Positions 60,856 through 64,000 of a DNA stretch of 64,000 nucleotides are shown one piece after another. Origin of the DNA: Tubulanus polymorphus. Lineage: Eukaryota > Animalia > Nemertea. The notes below the pieces were generated by a model. That model was not told the origin of the DNA, did not search any database, and was given only the letters and a program-made list of their open reading frames with translations. The position numbers were made by a program, and so were the translations under genes. Where the stretch lies: contig NC_134027.1 in NCBI RefSeq assembly GCF_964204645.1, forward strand, positions 18,996,560-19,060,559, given 5' to 3'. Numbering within the stretch: position 1 is the first letter of the stretch; each line of letters starts with the position of its first letter.

Positions 60856-63478
60856 CAGGGTTCGTAGCGATCCTGGAAAGTGCTTAATAGTGCTTGAATC
60901 ACAAAATGCATTTTCAAGGCCTTGAAAATGCTTGAATTTTCAAAATTTCAGTAAAAATCATTGGAAGTCCTTGAATTTTAAATGTTGTCCAAATTTTGTC
61001 AATTAGTTTGTTGTATTGATTTCAATACGCCCGCGCACTGCCAACCACGTGTGAGAGTGCTGTGACTCTGTGCTGTTAGCATGCTATAGACTCGTATACA
61101 CTGCTGACTTGTGTATATATACAGTACAAATGTATTAGGCACGTGGCTCACTGCTGACAATGCGTATACAAATCTATTAGTAGACACGTGGCGGCACTAC
61201 GATTCGCGCGCCGCGTATATACAAATGCCGTTGTGATGAAATAAACAAAATACTTCAAAATAATTCTAAATAGATTATTAGGACGTTCGTTAGACGAACG
61301 TCCTTATGTGATCGGTTTGCCGGTTGATGACGCACTTCCGATTTGGTTGACAGACGTTTAAGGTCGTTTTAAAGCCAGTTAGTTAGAGATTTCCTCAAAT
61401 TCCGCATCAGAAATGGTGTCTTCAAGTTGGGATTGAATTTGGTTAAAAATAGTTGGTTAGTTTTTGCTGTGCCCTCTTGAAAAAATGCTCTTCACGCCGT
61501 TTATGTGACATCACACATCACATGTTGCTTATGACGTAGTGATCGACAGAAGTGCCATTTTTAAAATCGTTGTATCGTGGATGTTAACTTTAGAGGACCG
61601 TACGAAGTCTCTTTAAAGGTGAGTGTCAACATATAGGCCCTATGGTGACTTAACTTAATTCCTTGTGAGCGCACAGAGGCCCTGTGAGAATCTAGAGACG
61701 TTCGCAGCATTGAAAATTACGCAATGGTCCGCTCGACACGCATACACATGCTGTCAGTTTGACCTACGTGACTAAATACAGCCGCCATGAATCAGAAGCA
61801 ATCCACTTCAAATTTTATGAAGTGAATATCATAATTATTATTTATCCGATATACACCAAAAAACCTTTAAGAGAAAGGTATTTGGCGTCGGATTCTGTAC
61901 CGAAAATCCCGGATTGTTACACTGCATAGTTTTTTTAGTAGGGTTCTTTTAACATTTTGCCTATAAGCCCTTTGATTGACACGTGGGGCGGGGCTTGCGA
62001 TCTGCCGATGACGTCAGATGTAAACAATAATATAACCACGTGCATCGCGCACATGTGTAAACAAACCTGGCAACAAATTAGATTTTTTGGCGCCAAAACT
62101 TTTTTGATTTTTTCTTGTGTCCAATGATTTTTCAACTGGAGCCAACTGCTATGCCATTAGATTGTACAATCAAGTATTCACGTTTTATAGACTCTCTCTG
62201 AAATAATTCTTGTCCAGGGGACATGTATTGAAATATCTATTGTCGTTGTTTTTGTTTTTTTTTTTATTTTTAGGATATAAACAGCCTAGAAGAAACATCA
62301 TCTGGCAGACACACATTTGACTACAGATCATATCCTGTTATAAAATGTGTTTAATAAATATTTTACTCAAGTTTTCTTGCCATTAATACTTCCTGACTAC
62401 TTTTATTTTATGGTTATCTAATCGCAAGGCAAACATAGGTGGGGTTCCTTTGGCCCTCCGAATATATAGGACCAAAAGGGGTATTTTATGCCATTTCGAT
62501 TTATTTTTGCTTAGAAAATTTATTCAAATACTTTTTGGCGGGCACATTCAAATTCTGAAGGGTAGGTATTCAAATTTTCCAATCAATGTGGGAGGTGTCT
62601 AGGTCTATATGCATTTCACAAACGAACGTCCTCTTTTAAAGTTTCTTTCTAGTTGGTAGTAAATAATGACCTCAAATTAATATAAGGACCGTTCTTGATT
62701 TTGACGATCTTTGGAGCATTAACTATCGAAAAGTGATTTTTTTATGTCAGGGTATCCCTAGCTGATCATGATTAAGCGTTAAGCTGTTATCATTTAGACG
62801 TTTAAGCCGGTCATCGAAATTTGTTGGATTCAAAATTAGATAGGCCAGTATGGGAAAGTGCCATTTCTCTGACGCCTGGTTGGTGCATGAATCATACAAA
62901 AGTTGGATTCAACGCAGACCAATTTCAACAGCAGCTAGGTGAAATCTCGCAAACAAAGTGAAACTCATGAGCTCATTTTAAAATCTGTGACCATGAGAAA
63001 TTCGGCTAAAGACAAGTCACATGAGTTGGCCGATGTAATTTCAGCCATCGAAACTCAAAAGGAGCAAATTAATCGATTGTAAATAGGTCGATGAGCTGTA
63101 ATTTAATTTTGTATAATTTTGTTATTTTTGCTTTGGATAGTATGTCTTTTTGATGGCGAGGTCTACCTGTAGTTCCGTTGAAAGGCCCACAGATTTCTTG
63201 TTTTAAAGTTATTAATTTCTGATACATGTAGTAAATCTTTCTTAAAATAAAGCTGAAAGATTCCAAAGTTATCAAGTGCTCTGCTACGCGTGGATGTTTC
63301 TTTATGATGATTTGCGTTTGTACTTCTTTAAAATTTCTGCAATAAAGGAATTTTCATTGCAATAAATTCGCCTTAGATATGTTTATATGGTATTTTTCAG
63401 AAAATAGTACTTGAATTTTGTTGAAATAGGTCCTTGAAAGTACTTGAATTAAGTTGGGCCTGGAGGCTATGAACCCTG
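60856..63478. mobile_element. Non-autonomous hAT-like DNA transposon with a 5-bp TSD (hAT5-type)
   Basis: cttca|cagggttcgtagc ... gctatgaaccctg|cttca; subterminal cttgaa repeats at both ends. Confidence 0.75.
61275..62652 (+). mobile_element. HINE family D nested in the hAT-like element
   Basis: TTATTAGGACGTTCGTT start with hairpin; subTIR aacgaacgtcct at ~62621; ends CTAG|TT. Confidence 0.72.
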
Positions 63479-64000
63479 CTTCAATCATCTGGAGTAGACA
63501 AATTATCTGAAGATAAATGAAAACTTCACCTTGATGATCATCAGTTGATTTTGCTTTAATTTTTTTTGCCTGGATAAATCAACATATCCGTCATTTCAAA
63601 ATCTGTGTTCAGTAGAATTTCTTTCAATAAATTAAAAATTTATTTGACTTATTTTTATGTATTGAAGATTGAATTTGAATTGATCTTAAAAACCAAAGAA
63701 AGCATTCAGCAATTTAGAAAATCCTAGACTCAAAATCAAAGTCAGTTAGGGTCTTTTGCCCGAATCAAGCCGAGGGCTCATATAGCTAAACTCAACTCCT
63801 CAGTGTCCCTATGATGCCGAGTATGATGGAGTTTACACCCTGAAAAACGATGGGCTGTGTAAGTGTAATTTGGATAAGTCCGCAATATAATGACCGCCCT
63901 GACCATATTGCTTCGATGACAAACTGAGTCCTAAGCAAGATGACCTTCCAAATCAAATGTATATTAAGAAAGAAAACAACAAAATTAATTGATCGACAAA

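Overview
Eukaryotic, AT-rich, repeat-dominated window, most likely from an invertebrate animal. Its core is a tandem 5S rDNA array (~7790-37180). I count 39 5S genes on the minus strand in ~625-630 bp units, with higher-order duplications, a recurrent C-box-mutated variant class and four transposon insertions: a Helentron-type non-autonomous element in a Pol III terminator, a 5'-truncated L1/Tx1-clade LINE at TTTT/AA, a 327-bp CAT-ended MITE and a 500-bp IS3EU-like MITE. Left of the array are an intact intronless RING-Bbox-NHL (TRIM-like) ORF and LINE/Helentron remnants. Right of it are nested BEL/Pao, solo-LTR and DIRS remnants, an intact piggyBac-family transposase ORF, and many MITEs and HINEs. 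The most notable unexplained signals are three tiny TIR-TIR palindromes flanked by 7-bp duplications (they look like P-element excision footprints), a repeated hairpin module in the LINE 3' UTR, and clustering of unrelated insertions 90-165 bp upstream of 5S genes. All calls were made by eye without database searches, and coordinates may be off by a few bases.
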